The notes beneath the pieces are model-generated. The model had not been told where the DNA came from and searched no databases. It saw only the letters and a program-made list of their open reading frames with translations. Both the position numbers and the translations under genes were made by a program. Below, piece by piece: positions 53,740 through 63,284 of a stretch of 64,000 nucleotides of DNA. The stretch comes from a virus (Duplodnaviria > Caudoviricetes): the IMG/VR virus record IMGVR_UViG_3300037466_001900, positions 1,608 through 65,607 of that record, one strand, 5' to 3'. Numbering within the stretch: position 1 is the stretch's first letter; each line of letters opens with the position of its first letter.

Positions 53740-55341
53740 ATGGCGAAGACTTCGGGCCAGGGCGCCCGGCCCCATAGGAACCCGTCAGATGCCAGCCGGG
53801 GCTTTGTCGCTCCACACATGGTGCCGAATATAGCCTACCAGTCGGTGGGTTCATCTGGCCTTCGGCAGTATTCTGGCTGGGTTCGGGAAGAATTCCTACC
53901 CCAGCTTAGGGGTCGGGAGGCAGCTCGCACCTACCGCGAGATGATGGACAACTCACCGACAGTTGGTGCGATCATGTTCGCGATCCAGCAGTCAATGAGG
54001 CAGGTCACTTGGAGGGTCGAGGCCCCTGACGATCGGCCTGAGAGCGTAGAAGCAGCTGAGTTTGTCCAGTCATGCATGGGCGACATGACGCAGAGCTGGG
54101 CGGACTTCACGTCTGAGTCGCTCTCAATGCTTACATATGGCTTCGCCCCGCACGAGATTGTGTACAAGCGCCGCCTAGGTCAGCAGAAGCGGTCGACAGA
54201 CGGGTCGGCGTCCAGGCCGTCAAGCAAATATAACGACGGGATGATCGGCTGGGCGAAGCTCGCCCTCCGAGGCCAGGATACGGTCATCAAGTGGTTTTTC
54301 GACGAGGAAGGCAACACCACTGGCCTGACCCAGCAGCCCTGGTTTGGCGGGATGATCGACATTCCGATCGAGAAGCTCTTGCTTTTCCGGCCCCGGACCT
54401 GGAAGAACAACCCTGAGGGCTATTCGATCCTCCGATCGGCTTACCGTCCCTGGTGGTTCACCAAGAGGCTCGAGGAACAGGAAGCCATCTCGCTTGAGCG
54501 GATGAGCGGAACCCCCGAGTATCGCATTCCTGCCGAGCTTCTCGAGGCCGCGGCTGCAGGCGATACCGATGCGGCTGCCCAGGTCGAGGCTTACAAGGCA
54601 ATCGTCACGGGGATCAAGGTTGATGAGCAGATGGGACTTATCACCCCGTCGGATACGTTCACAAACTCGGACGGCACCAGGTCTAACGTGCCGATGTACG
54701 AGTTCAAGTACACGGTGCCCCAGGGGTCCAGGTCCCAGGCGAACTTCGATACCACTATTCAGCGGTACAAGCTCGACATCATGACTTCGGTCCTGGCGGA
54801 CTTCCTCCAGCTGGGACACCAGGCCAGGGGAACACAGAACCTGGCCGTCACAAAGGTCGACATGTTCTTCCAGGCTACGGAAGGGTGGCTGGCGGCGAAC
54901 GCCTCGGTACTTAACAACGACGGCATCCAACGCCTCTGGGACCTTAACGGCCTAGATCCAGACACCATGCCTCGGCTATCCCCCGATATGCCGAAGCGGG
55001 TCGACCTGGACCAGTTGGGGACTTACGTTCTTCAAATGGCCCAGGCCGGCGCCCGAATGTTCCCAGACGACGACCTCGAGAACTATCTCAGGGACGTCGC
55101 CGACCTGCCCGAGCTTTCTGAAGGCGAGTATCAGAATATTGCAGACATAGAAGGGCCTGAGGGTAAGGACGAGGTCAACAAGCGGCTGGGGGGAATGATC
55201 GCCAAGCGGCTCATCCACCAGGGGTTCCTGACAGCCCCGGCAGGCTTTGGTAAAAATAAGCATCGCCGACAAAATTCAAACGTCGAAAACAACGAAGGTG
55301 AGCTTCTGCTTACTGACGTTCACAACCCTTCCGGAGACTGA
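53740..55341 (+). CDS. Portal protein (DUF935-like)
   Basis: Follows terL; YREMMDNSPTVGA, GYSILRSAY.PW, ERM.G.P. Confidence 0.88.
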   Translation: MAKTSGQGARPHRNPSDASRGFVAPHMVPNIAYQSVGSSGLRQYSGWVREEFLPQLRGREAARTYREMMDNSPTVGAIMFAIQQSMRQVTWRVEAPDDRPESVEAAEFVQSCMGDMTQSWADFTSESLSMLTYGFAPHEIVYKRRLGQQKRSTDGSASRPSSKYNDGMIGWAKLALRGQDTVIKWFFDEEGNTTGLTQQPWFGGMIDIPIEKLLLFRPRTWKNNPEGYSILRSAYRPWWFTKRLEEQEAISLERMSGTPEYRIPAELLEAAAAGDTDAAAQVEAYKAIVTGIKVDEQMGLITPSDTFTNSDGTRSNVPMYEFKYTVPQGSRSQANFDTTIQRYKLDIMTSVLADFLQLGHQARGTQNLAVTKVDMFFQATEGWLAANASVLNNDGIQRLWDLNGLDPDTMPRLSPDMPKRVDLDQLGTYVLQMAQAGARMFPDDDLENYLRDVADLPELSEGEYQNIADIEGPEGKDEVNKRLGGMIAKRLIHQGFLTAPAGFGKNKHRRQNSNVENNEGELLLTDVHNPSGD

Positions 55342-55344
55342 CAT

Positions 55345-55785
55345 ATGGCCGGCTTTTCCGATACCACCGAAAATGCCATCCTGGCACTAATTTTCAATGC
55401 CACAGCGTGGGGTAACTATGCCGACAACGCGGCTACATCACCGCAAACGCAGATCGCAACAGGCCTCCATACGGCCGATCCGACCGACTCAGGCTCTATG
55501 AGTTCGTCGGAGACGACTTATACTAGCTATGCCAGGGCTAACGTTAACCGTAACTCAGGTGGTTGGACGGTCAGTGGCACCAGTCCTACTAGTGTCTCAC
55601 CGGTCGCGATCATCGCATTCCCAGCCGGCACTGGTGGCTCGGGCACGGTCACCAACTTCTCGACTGGCAAGACTGGTGGCGGCGCGGCCGCGATCATCAT
55701 GGCCGGGTCGGTCACCCCCAACATTTCGGTCGGGTCAGGTGTCACTCCGCAGCTATCGACTTCTTCCACCCTGACCCTCGACTAA
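55345..55785 (+). CDS. Virion accessory/fibre-associated protein
   Basis: SD..ENAIL..IFN...GLHTADP...E..YTSYAR...FP conserved phage family. Confidence 0.65.
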   Translation: MAGFSDTTENAILALIFNATAWGNYADNAATSPQTQIATGLHTADPTDSGSMSSSETTYTSYARANVNRNSGGWTVSGTSPTSVSPVAIIAFPAGTGGSGTVTNFSTGKTGGGAAAIIMAGSVTPNISVGSGVTPQLSTSSTLTLD

Positions 55786-55797
55786 GGAGCTACCCAT

Positions 55798-56088
55798 ATG
55801 CTTCCCAACCATTTCCGCGCTTATGCGATCCATGAGGTCCGAGGCCAGAAGATCGAAGAAGTTATTGCTGAGGGTGACCTCGACAACGGCCAGGCCAGCT
55901 TCGAGGCCGACGAGAAGGTCTCCCAGGTGGCATTCTACGACCACGAGAACGACGGCCAGGTTTGCTTAGGCCGGGTTCTGGGTCCGATGGGACCTGGCCG
56001 GATCGACATTGACTTCGCTGATGTGCCTGAGGTCGAAGAGCCCGCCGAAACAATTATTGTCGGCGGTGTCGAGTACAAGAAGGCCTAA
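55798..56088 (+). CDS. Hypothetical acidic protein
   Basis: AAGGAG RBS. Confidence 0.6.
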   Translation: MLPNHFRAYAIHEVRGQKIEEVIAEGDLDNGQASFEADEKVSQVAFYDHENDGQVCLGRVLGPMGPGRIDIDFADVPEVEEPAETIIVGGVEYKKA

Positions 56089-56555
56089 TGCTTAACGACC
56101 AGTTCAGGCAAGCCCTTGAAGAGGGCGACGTCAAGCTGGTCCGGAGACTTGCGGCCTACGTCATGCCCCACCTACCCCAGCCGGCTTCTGACGCCGAGGC
56201 CGAGGCCACTATGCACCTTTGCAGGACGGGTAGGGGCAACATCACTCTGAAGGCTAGGGCCTATTCGCATAAGTGGCTCCTTGAGCGAGGACTTCCTTCT
56301 CACCTGCCCGACCATCTAAAGCCTTCAGCTGAACGCCTTTATCCTCGGGTAGTCGAAGCTGTTGGCATTAGCGTTAAGAGCCGCAATCCTCTTCTGAAGG
56401 ACGCCATGGCATCTGTTCAGAGGTCGATGGAACTAGTCGTTGAAGACATGTATGCGAATGGGGATAAAGATCCTGCTCGAGTGAAGACCAGGATGATGGA
56501 GGCCCATGACGACGAGATGAGGAGGTTATTTGGAAACCTCCCCGTTAAGCGGTAG
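56088..56555 (+). CDS. Hypothetical protein
   Basis: TAATG coupling. Confidence 0.6.
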   Translation: MLNDQFRQALEEGDVKLVRRLAAYVMPHLPQPASDAEAEATMHLCRTGRGNITLKARAYSHKWLLERGLPSHLPDHLKPSAERLYPRVVEAVGISVKSRNPLLKDAMASVQRSMELVVEDMYANGDKDPARVKTRMMEAHDDEMRRLFGNLPVKR

Positions 56556-56560
56556 TTGAC

Positions 56561-58870
56561 GTGACGATTGCCGCTCTAAGTGGCGCCGGCCTCGCCAACA
56601 GCAAGACGGCGGGCACTAGCCTAGGTGCCCAGCCGAGCTTTCCGAACAACATCGCCGCTGGGTCGATCGTGCTCGCCGCGTTCGCCGGGGACAACCTGGC
56701 GACGGGCGCGGACGGCGACTACTCCGAGGTCACCAGTGTCACCGACTCTCAGAGCAATACCTGGACGAAGGTCGGGGAGTTCACCAACACCCAGGCTGCT
56801 GCCGCGGGTGGTGCGACCATTTCCCTGTGGAAGTCCAAGCTAACCACTGGCCTCGTTGCCAGCACTGACACGGTCACCTTCCACTTCGGGTCCATCACCG
56901 CCAAGGCGCTGATGTTCGGATCGTTCTCGGTCGCGTCCGGGAACGACATCCAGGTGGTGGGCACCATCCAGAAGTCGGCCGTCGACGGCGCGGCGCTCGG
57001 CACCCAGACGATCAGCGGGCTGACGAGCAAGGAGCACCTGTTCGTCCGCGTGTCGGCCTGCGAGGGCCCGACGTCCAGCCCGACCGCCGGCACCAACTAC
57101 ACAGGCCTCTCCAACGGCACGGTCGCCACGGGCACCACTGGTGGCAGCGGCATCACCAACATGTCCGTGCTCGGCGCATACCGCATCACCACGGGCACAG
57201 GCGATAGTAACAACGCCACGAACGGCTCTACTGACAGTGCCAGTCTTTACGTTGCTTTTGAGGAATATACTCCTTCAACTTCCTCAGTTGCATCATCAGA
57301 CGCTGTTTCTTCGGCTTCAGCCATTCCTGCTCTCATAGGTTCAAGTGCAGCTTTAGCTTCAGCCACTGCTGTTGCATTAGCGATCGGAACAGCTTTAGCT
57401 TCTTCAAATGCTTCAGCGGTAGGTAGTTCCTCTAACCGGGCCTCTAGTTCAGCAACGTCCAACGCAACGGCTAACCCATTAGGTCTTGCCAATTCAAATG
57501 CCGTGGCCTCGGGCACTCTAGTTCCAATAGTCTATGGGTCGGCGTCTGCAGTTTCTAATGCAGCAGCTATATTCCCAAGCGTAGGTTCAGGATTGGCTTC
57601 GTCAAATGCCACGGGTTTGTCAGTTAGTATTGGTGCTGCTTCAGGTGCTTCTACTGCAAATGCTATACCCCTTGGGCTTGGATCGGCCGCTGCTTCTGCT
57701 ACGGCTACTGGCGTTCCAATTGTCTCCAATGTTGGATCGGCTTCCGCCTCTTCAAATGCTTCAGCTATTCCACTCGGAATTGGCGCTTCCTCGGCGGTAA
57801 CTAATGCCAGCGGGCTTCCTTTGGGTCTAGGGTCCTCGATTGCAGTAGCTTCTGCTCTTGGAATACCAAAGGTTTCTGGATCTGCTTCGTCGGTCTCTTC
57901 TGCAGCTGCTATAGGACTACCAATTGGGTCGGCTTCGGGCGTTTCAAATGGGTTGGGCCTCTCCGTCAGCATAGGCTCGGCTTCGTCGAACGCTAACGCC
58001 AGTTCAATCCCCTTAGGGTTGGGGTCGTCTTCAGCAGTTGGTGCAGCAACGGGTATTCCGAAGGTTTCGGGGTCGGCATCCGCCACTTCTCTGGCAGCAG
58101 CCCAGGCCCTTGGTCTTGGTTCGGCAGTCTCTCAAGCCTTAGCCAATGCCCCGGTGCTCGGAATTGGATCGTCTACAGCGGTCTCGGCCGCGTCAGGTGC
58201 TCCGGTTGGGTCTCTGCCCGTCGGCTCTGCTACGGCGGTTTCTTCGGTCAGCGGAACCGGGGCTTCAACTGCTCAAGGGACGGGATCTTCTTCGGCAACG
58301 GCTTCAGCATTGGCCCAGGTATTGGGAATTGGCCTTTGCCTCGGCAGTTCTACTAGTTCGGTAACCGGCAAATCAACGGTTCAAAGTGTGGGCTCTTCTT
58401 CTGCTGTTAGCTCAGCTTCTGGAGTTGGTCGAGGTCAAGATCTTGCTACTGCCTCGGCTTCAGCCATATCAGCTGCTAATGCTAATGTAACTGGGGTCTT
58501 TGGTTCTGCTTCTGTTAATAGCTCAGCTTCAGCAGTCGGCCAGGCCTATATAACCGGTGTTGCTCTATCAGCTGGATTTGGTGTAGTTGTTGGTGCTGGT
58601 CAGTCTATTGCTGAAGCTATCGGTTCAGCTTTTGCCGTTAGCTTGGCAACTGGGCTCAACTTGCTTCCTTCCACTAATACCATTACGAGCCAGCGCAGGA
58701 TCTTGGCTGGGCCAGGAGATGATAGGTCCATTAATGCAGGGGTAGGACAACCTAGGAGCATGACCGATAAGATCCCAGGGTCGCGAAGCATCACCAGGGG
58801 TTATGGCGGCTCCAGGAACATATCAGGGCGAGCCTCGCTTCTCGCTGATCGAGGAAAGGTCTCGAAATGA
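56561..58870 (+). CDS. Ser/Ala/Gly-rich 16-aa-repeat protein with globular N-domain (putative head fibre)
   Basis: 769 aa; units such as GSASASSNASAIPLGI, GASSAVTNASGLPLGL, GSSIAVASALGIPKVS. Confidence 0.7.
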   Translation: MTIAALSGAGLANSKTAGTSLGAQPSFPNNIAAGSIVLAAFAGDNLATGADGDYSEVTSVTDSQSNTWTKVGEFTNTQAAAAGGATISLWKSKLTTGLVASTDTVTFHFGSITAKALMFGSFSVASGNDIQVVGTIQKSAVDGAALGTQTISGLTSKEHLFVRVSACEGPTSSPTAGTNYTGLSNGTVATGTTGGSGITNMSVLGAYRITTGTGDSNNATNGSTDSASLYVAFEEYTPSTSSVASSDAVSSASAIPALIGSSAALASATAVALAIGTALASSNASAVGSSSNRASSSATSNATANPLGLANSNAVASGTLVPIVYGSASAVSNAAAIFPSVGSGLASSNATGLSVSIGAASGASTANAIPLGLGSAAASATATGVPIVSNVGSASASSNASAIPLGIGASSAVTNASGLPLGLGSSIAVASALGIPKVSGSASSVSSAAAIGLPIGSASGVSNGLGLSVSIGSASSNANASSIPLGLGSSSAVGAATGIPKVSGSASATSLAAAQALGLGSAVSQALANAPVLGIGSSTAVSAASGAPVGSLPVGSATAVSSVSGTGASTAQGTGSSSATASALAQVLGIGLCLGSSTSSVTGKSTVQSVGSSSAVSSASGVGRGQDLATASASAISAANANVTGVFGSASVNSSASAVGQAYITGVALSAGFGVVVGAGQSIAEAIGSAFAVSLATGLNLLPSTNTITSQRRILAGPGDDRSINAGVGQPRSMTDKIPGSRSITRGYGGSRNISGRASLLADRGKVSK

Positions 58871-59259
58871 CGGTTGCTCTGACTCCACTTAAATGGGACG
58901 CTGCCCTGAACCCGGAGGATCAGGTCGACTATACCATCGACCTGGTTGGTCGGCTCTTAGAGGTTGGTGAGACCGTTCAGTCGTATACCCTTACTCCCAG
59001 TGATACCTCAGTCGCTGCTGGGCTTTTAATTGGATCTGGGCCTTATGCCAGTGCCTTGGGGTCGATCACCAACGGCATCTTCACCGCTGGGTCAGGAACG
59101 GTTCTTAGGATCTGGTTTAGCATAAATTCAACCAACCAGGCCAACGTAGGCTTTTTCGGAACTGGGGTTTGGCTGGATATGCAGCTTAAAGTCGTTACTA
59201 CTAACACTCCTCCCAGGACCCGGGAACGCACTCTGCTTCTCCGCGTCTGCCAGCAATAA
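58867..59259 (+). CDS. Fibre adaptor-like protein
   Basis: NPEDQVDYTIDL...L..GET...RTRERT pattern. Confidence 0.6.
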   Translation: MTVALTPLKWDAALNPEDQVDYTIDLVGRLLEVGETVQSYTLTPSDTSVAAGLLIGSGPYASALGSITNGIFTAGSGTVLRIWFSINSTNQANVGFFGTGVWLDMQLKVVTTNTPPRTRERTLLLRVCQQ

Positions 59260-59268
59260 GGAACCCAG

Positions 59269-59517
59269 ATGGCTAAAGAAGCATATGGGCTGTCCAAGCA
59301 GCTTGTCGTTGCGACGCCTAACTCAAACCTGATCAACGACTGTCCGGTTGGTGGCCTTCTGATTACGGCTACCGTGGCCGGCACAGCCCAGTGTGTCCTT
59401 TCAGGCGGCGGAACGATCCCGGTGGCGTTTGGAGTTGGTACCACGATCTTCACCGATCTATGCGTGATCAACATCAGCAGCACCACCGGCACCGCTAACT
59501 TCTACCAGCTCGCGTAA
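59269..59517 (+). CDS. Small beta-rich virion protein
   Basis: GLLIT.T.AGT...TGTAN. Confidence 0.55.
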   Translation: MAKEAYGLSKQLVVATPNSNLINDCPVGGLLITATVAGTAQCVLSGGGTIPVAFGVGTTIFTDLCVINISSTTGTANFYQLA

Positions 59518-59522
59518 ACGAC

Positions 59523-60509
59523 GTGCGGGCTCTTAAGGCTTCGGAGGTCCAGCCCAAGGACGACCCGGCGCGGGCGATCGCCCAGCAGCGGGAGAACGAA
59601 GTTAAAAAGGCCTTGATGGTCATCTTCGGCGGGCTGATTGCCCTGTTCACCGGAGAAGCAGTCATCCGGGCCGTATCGAGGTTCGACACTTCGGGGCTTA
59701 ATTCTATTCTAGGCGGGCAGGAAGCTCAGGATCTTATCGTCCACGGTTACCAGCCAATAGCCGACACGTTCCTTGAGTCAGCTAGGCAGGCGGCCAACGA
59801 GAATTTCAGGGGCTTGGTCCCCTATGATCCACTGGCGGCAGCCGTAGCCCTTCAAGAACTCCGGAACCAGATGGCTGGTACGATCGGCTTCGCAGCCCAA
59901 CGGAATATCCAGCAGGTTCTTCTCGACGCCTTAAGGACTGGCTCCGACCCGGCTACCGTAGCTACCTATCTTCGTCAAGTCATTGGCCTCGATCGCCAGT
60001 CGGCCCAGGCGCTTCGCAATTATAGGTTAATGCTTCAGATTGGGGACCTCAGTTCGCTTCGCCGGGCACTCAGAGATGAGCGGTTCGACGATCTAGTTAG
60101 GGAAGCGGCCCGGGGCCAGGCTGCGATGAAGCCCGAAGTTATAGACAGAATGGTTCAGGCTTATGCTGACCGGCTTCTTAGCCATAGAGCCGAGCGCATG
60201 GCTGCTACCGAAGCAATGCAAGCTGCAGTTAGTGGTATCCGCGATGCCCATGTCCAAGCTGTCGACACCGGGCGCCTTTTTGAGAGCGAGGTTCGGCGCT
60301 TTTGGCTTACCGCGGCCGACGAACTTGTTTGCCCGGTGTGTTCCAGTATTCCCGGAATGAACGAGGACGGTGTGGGGGTCCATGATGACTATAGGTCTAT
60401 CGAAGGCCCAATTGACGCGCCTCTGGTCCATCCCTGGTGCCGGTGTTCGGAACGTTATGTGACTAATATGTCAAGGCTTACCCAGCAACCCTTTGCCCTG
60501 GCGGCTTGA
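59523..60509 (+). CDS. MuF/SPP1 gp7-like head morphogenesis protein
   Basis: RAERMAATE, WLTAADE.VCP.C, PLVHP.CRC. Confidence 0.85.
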   Translation: MRALKASEVQPKDDPARAIAQQRENEVKKALMVIFGGLIALFTGEAVIRAVSRFDTSGLNSILGGQEAQDLIVHGYQPIADTFLESARQAANENFRGLVPYDPLAAAVALQELRNQMAGTIGFAAQRNIQQVLLDALRTGSDPATVATYLRQVIGLDRQSAQALRNYRLMLQIGDLSSLRRALRDERFDDLVREAARGQAAMKPEVIDRMVQAYADRLLSHRAERMAATEAMQAAVSGIRDAHVQAVDTGRLFESEVRRFWLTAADELVCPVCSSIPGMNEDGVGVHDDYRSIEGPIDAPLVHPWCRCSERYVTNMSRLTQQPFALAA

Positions 60510-60519
60510 GGAGGACACT

Positions 60520-61458
60520 ATGCCCGACTTCAACACCGTCATCAAGGATATGACTGTTGCATCGGTTCACGTTCCAGCTATTGATAGCGGGAAGAAGCCA
60601 AAGGCTAAACCATTCAAGGCGATTATTGGAGAGGACAACATTGAAGTCTCCAAACGAGATTTACATTCGAATGGCAATGGCACTGCCAAGTCGCCGTTCA
60701 AGTACGATCCTAACGCGCTTGGTTCGCTTCGACCCGACCAAGTGCCACGATTTTTCGGCGCCCTTACCGATAGCGATCAGCTCAACACCGAAGAGGTGAA
60801 GCTCAGTGACCTTCATGCCATGCAAGACCGAGTGGACCCGGCGAAGGTCCAGGCTATACGCGATAATGGCACTGGCGGAAAGCTCGCGGTTGTTATCCGG
60901 CATAATGGAACGCAGTACATCGCTGATGGCCACCACCGACTCACCGCCGACTGGCTCGACGGGAAAGAGTCCGTTCTTGTTCGGCACAAAGATCTAGAGC
61001 CAGTTGACCATGCCTTGAAGTCAGCCCCCAAGCTGATTGTCAAGGTAGAGAAGGTCGATAGTTCTCTTGGTGTTGTCCTTGGCTGGGCAATCGTGAGTAA
61101 GGTAAACGGGGAAGACTATTATGACCTCAATGTCGACCACGAAGGCCCCCACAAGGGTAAGCGCGTCCCCGAGCACATCCCCGAAGACGTCATGGCCAAG
61201 TGTGGCCTCGACTTTGTCGATGCGGGAGCAATTGGAAATGAGATGCACGAAGGACCGGACGTAGGCAGCTATCCTTTCGTCTTCCCTATGACCAGCGATG
61301 CCTTTGCTAAACTGTTTGGGGTTGACGACGTTCCGCCAAAGACTGGGCTTTTGGTTGGATACCGCCCGCCGGCAGATGTCCTGGCAAAGTTCAAGACCGG
61401 AGAATACACTGGCTTCTCGATCGAGGGCCGGCGTATATCCTATGAGGAGCACAGCTAA
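60520..61458 (+). CDS. ParB/Srx-like domain fused to XkdF-like prohead serine protease
   Basis: YIADGHHRL N-domain; LGVVLGWAIVS, NEMHEG, KTGEYTGFSIEG C-domain; start ATG 60520 after GAGGAGG. Confidence 0.75.
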   Translation: MPDFNTVIKDMTVASVHVPAIDSGKKPKAKPFKAIIGEDNIEVSKRDLHSNGNGTAKSPFKYDPNALGSLRPDQVPRFFGALTDSDQLNTEEVKLSDLHAMQDRVDPAKVQAIRDNGTGGKLAVVIRHNGTQYIADGHHRLTADWLDGKESVLVRHKDLEPVDHALKSAPKLIVKVEKVDSSLGVVLGWAIVSKVNGEDYYDLNVDHEGPHKGKRVPEHIPEDVMAKCGLDFVDAGAIGNEMHEGPDVGSYPFVFPMTSDAFAKLFGVDDVPPKTGLLVGYRPPADVLAKFKTGEYTGFSIEGRRISYEEHS

Positions 61459-62828
61459 TGAGTGCTGTTAAGCGCATTCTTCGGGCTCTGCGGCTAGATA
61501 AGATCGCCGCAGTCGACCGCCCCTGCCAGCAACCGGCGACAGCCGATCTGATCAAGCGAGCGGCCGACTTCGAGGACTTGGTGAAAGCCAAGTATGATAC
61601 CGCGGCCAGGGATAGCATGGCGTCGAATGGCGAAGCCATGCAGGACGGCAGTTATCCGATCAAGGATGCTGAAGATCTGCACAACGCCATCCACGCCGTT
61701 GGCCGCGGCCGGAATAATAGCCATGCAGCTATTCGGCGGCATATCATCTCGAGGGCGAAAGCCCTTGGGCTATCTAACGAGATCCCGGACACGTGGAAGG
61801 ACGGCGACAAGATCGTTAAGTCTCTCTACGATGTGTTCGAGAAGTCTGCCATCCCTCTGGATGATCCGGATGGTGACGAGGGTGCCCAGGCGTTCGATGA
61901 GGTCCTTGGTGAACAGCAACTCACAGAGGAATTCTGGAATGCTTGGTATAAGGGCACGAACGCACTCCAAGAGTCGCTCTGCTCGATCATTAAGGACGAT
62001 GACTTGCCTGATAAGTCGTCCGCGATCCAGGAAAGCCTTAAACAATTCGCCGACTACATCAAGACTATTCTTCCCGGTGATGTCGGTAAAGCCATCGCCA
62101 CAGAGATTGTGGCGTCCGCCGGTCAGGCCGGCACCCCGCTCAACAAAGGAGATGTTATGAGCGTTGAACTGAAGAAGGCGCTTGGCCTGCCTGAAACGGC
62201 CACGGATGCTGACGTGCTCAAGGCAATTACCGATAGGGATGCCGCGATCGCTAAGGCTAATGAAGATCTCGAGAAGGCGAATGCCGAACTCGAAAAGGCC
62301 AAGGCTCCGCCGATGGATGACGACGCTGATGCGGACTGCGCAAAGGCCCTGGCGGCTGGCGAGGCATTCCGGACGCCCGAGGGTGTAATCATCACCAAGA
62401 AGGCGGTCGGTGACCAGACTTTCTCAGTCCTCAAGAGCCAGAACGATCGTATCGTCAAGGCCGAAGAGGACCTCAAGAAGGCCCGTGAGGCTGATGAGGA
62501 GCGATCGTTTGCCAAGCGCGCCACTGAGATCGGTTGCTCCGAGGAGTTTGGCTCAACTCTTCGCAAGGCTTATTCGGGTGATGCCGAAGCCCAGAAGACT
62601 CTCGAGGCCCAGATCGCAGGGCTGAACAAGCAGGTCGACGAGGGTGAGCTCTTCAAGAACTTCGGCCACGGCGGCGAAGGTGGCACAGTCGCGGGCGAGT
62701 TCGCGGCCAAGGTAGAAGAGGTCCGTAAGGCTGACCCCGCTCTTACCCCCGAGCAAGCCTATTCCAAGGCTTACACCGATCCGGCCAACAAGGAGCTGGT
62801 CAAGCGGATGCGAACTGAACAAGCCTAA
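61458..62828 (+). CDS. Scaffold-like protein with DUF6582-like N-domain
   Basis: DGSYPI.D.EDL.NAIHAVGR...HIISRAKALG; Ala/Glu/Lys coiled coil. Confidence 0.7.
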   Translation: MSAVKRILRALRLDKIAAVDRPCQQPATADLIKRAADFEDLVKAKYDTAARDSMASNGEAMQDGSYPIKDAEDLHNAIHAVGRGRNNSHAAIRRHIISRAKALGLSNEIPDTWKDGDKIVKSLYDVFEKSAIPLDDPDGDEGAQAFDEVLGEQQLTEEFWNAWYKGTNALQESLCSIIKDDDLPDKSSAIQESLKQFADYIKTILPGDVGKAIATEIVASAGQAGTPLNKGDVMSVELKKALGLPETATDADVLKAITDRDAAIAKANEDLEKANAELEKAKAPPMDDDADADCAKALAAGEAFRTPEGVIITKKAVGDQTFSVLKSQNDRIVKAEEDLKKAREADEERSFAKRATEIGCSEEFGSTLRKAYSGDAEAQKTLEAQIAGLNKQVDEGELFKNFGHGGEGGTVAGEFAAKVEEVRKADPALTPEQAYSKAYTDPANKELVKRMRTEQA

Positions 62829-62868
62829 TCCGTCCTCCTCTCACTTCCATAAAGAAAAGGATTAACCC

Positions 62869-63246
62869 ATGTCCACTTTCGGAACGGGCCTGGTCGAAGG
62901 CGGCAACCTTGTCGCGAATGCAGACCTTTCGGCCAAGCAGTTCTATGCCGTGAAGCAGACGACGACCGCTCGCAAGGTCGACATTGCTTCGACTGGTGGC
63001 GAAGCTATCACTGGCATTCTGCAGAACACCCCCAAGGCCGGCGATGCTGTTGAGGTCTGCTACTCAGGCTTCACCAAGGCGATTGCCGGAACCGGCGGCT
63101 TTACCGCTGGCGACGCCCTCCAGACTGAAACAGGCACTGGTAAGCTGATCACCAAGACTTCGACGAATACTATCGTCGCAGTTGCGATCGAGACTTGCGC
63201 AGCTGGCGAGATCGGTCTAGTCCGCGTCGTTGCGTCGGCGGGCTAA
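62869..63246 (+). CDS. Capsid decoration/cement protein (DUF2190-like)
   Basis: A.ADLSAKQFYAVK...GILQN.P.AG...A.G..AAGEI; upstream of MCP. Confidence 0.8.
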   Translation: MSTFGTGLVEGGNLVANADLSAKQFYAVKQTTTARKVDIASTGGEAITGILQNTPKAGDAVEVCYSGFTKAIAGTGGFTAGDALQTETGTGKLITKTSTNTIVAVAIETCAAGEIGLVRVVASAG

Positions 63247-63284
63247 CCCAACCTTTCACATCCTCTCAGAAAAAGGAAACTGCA

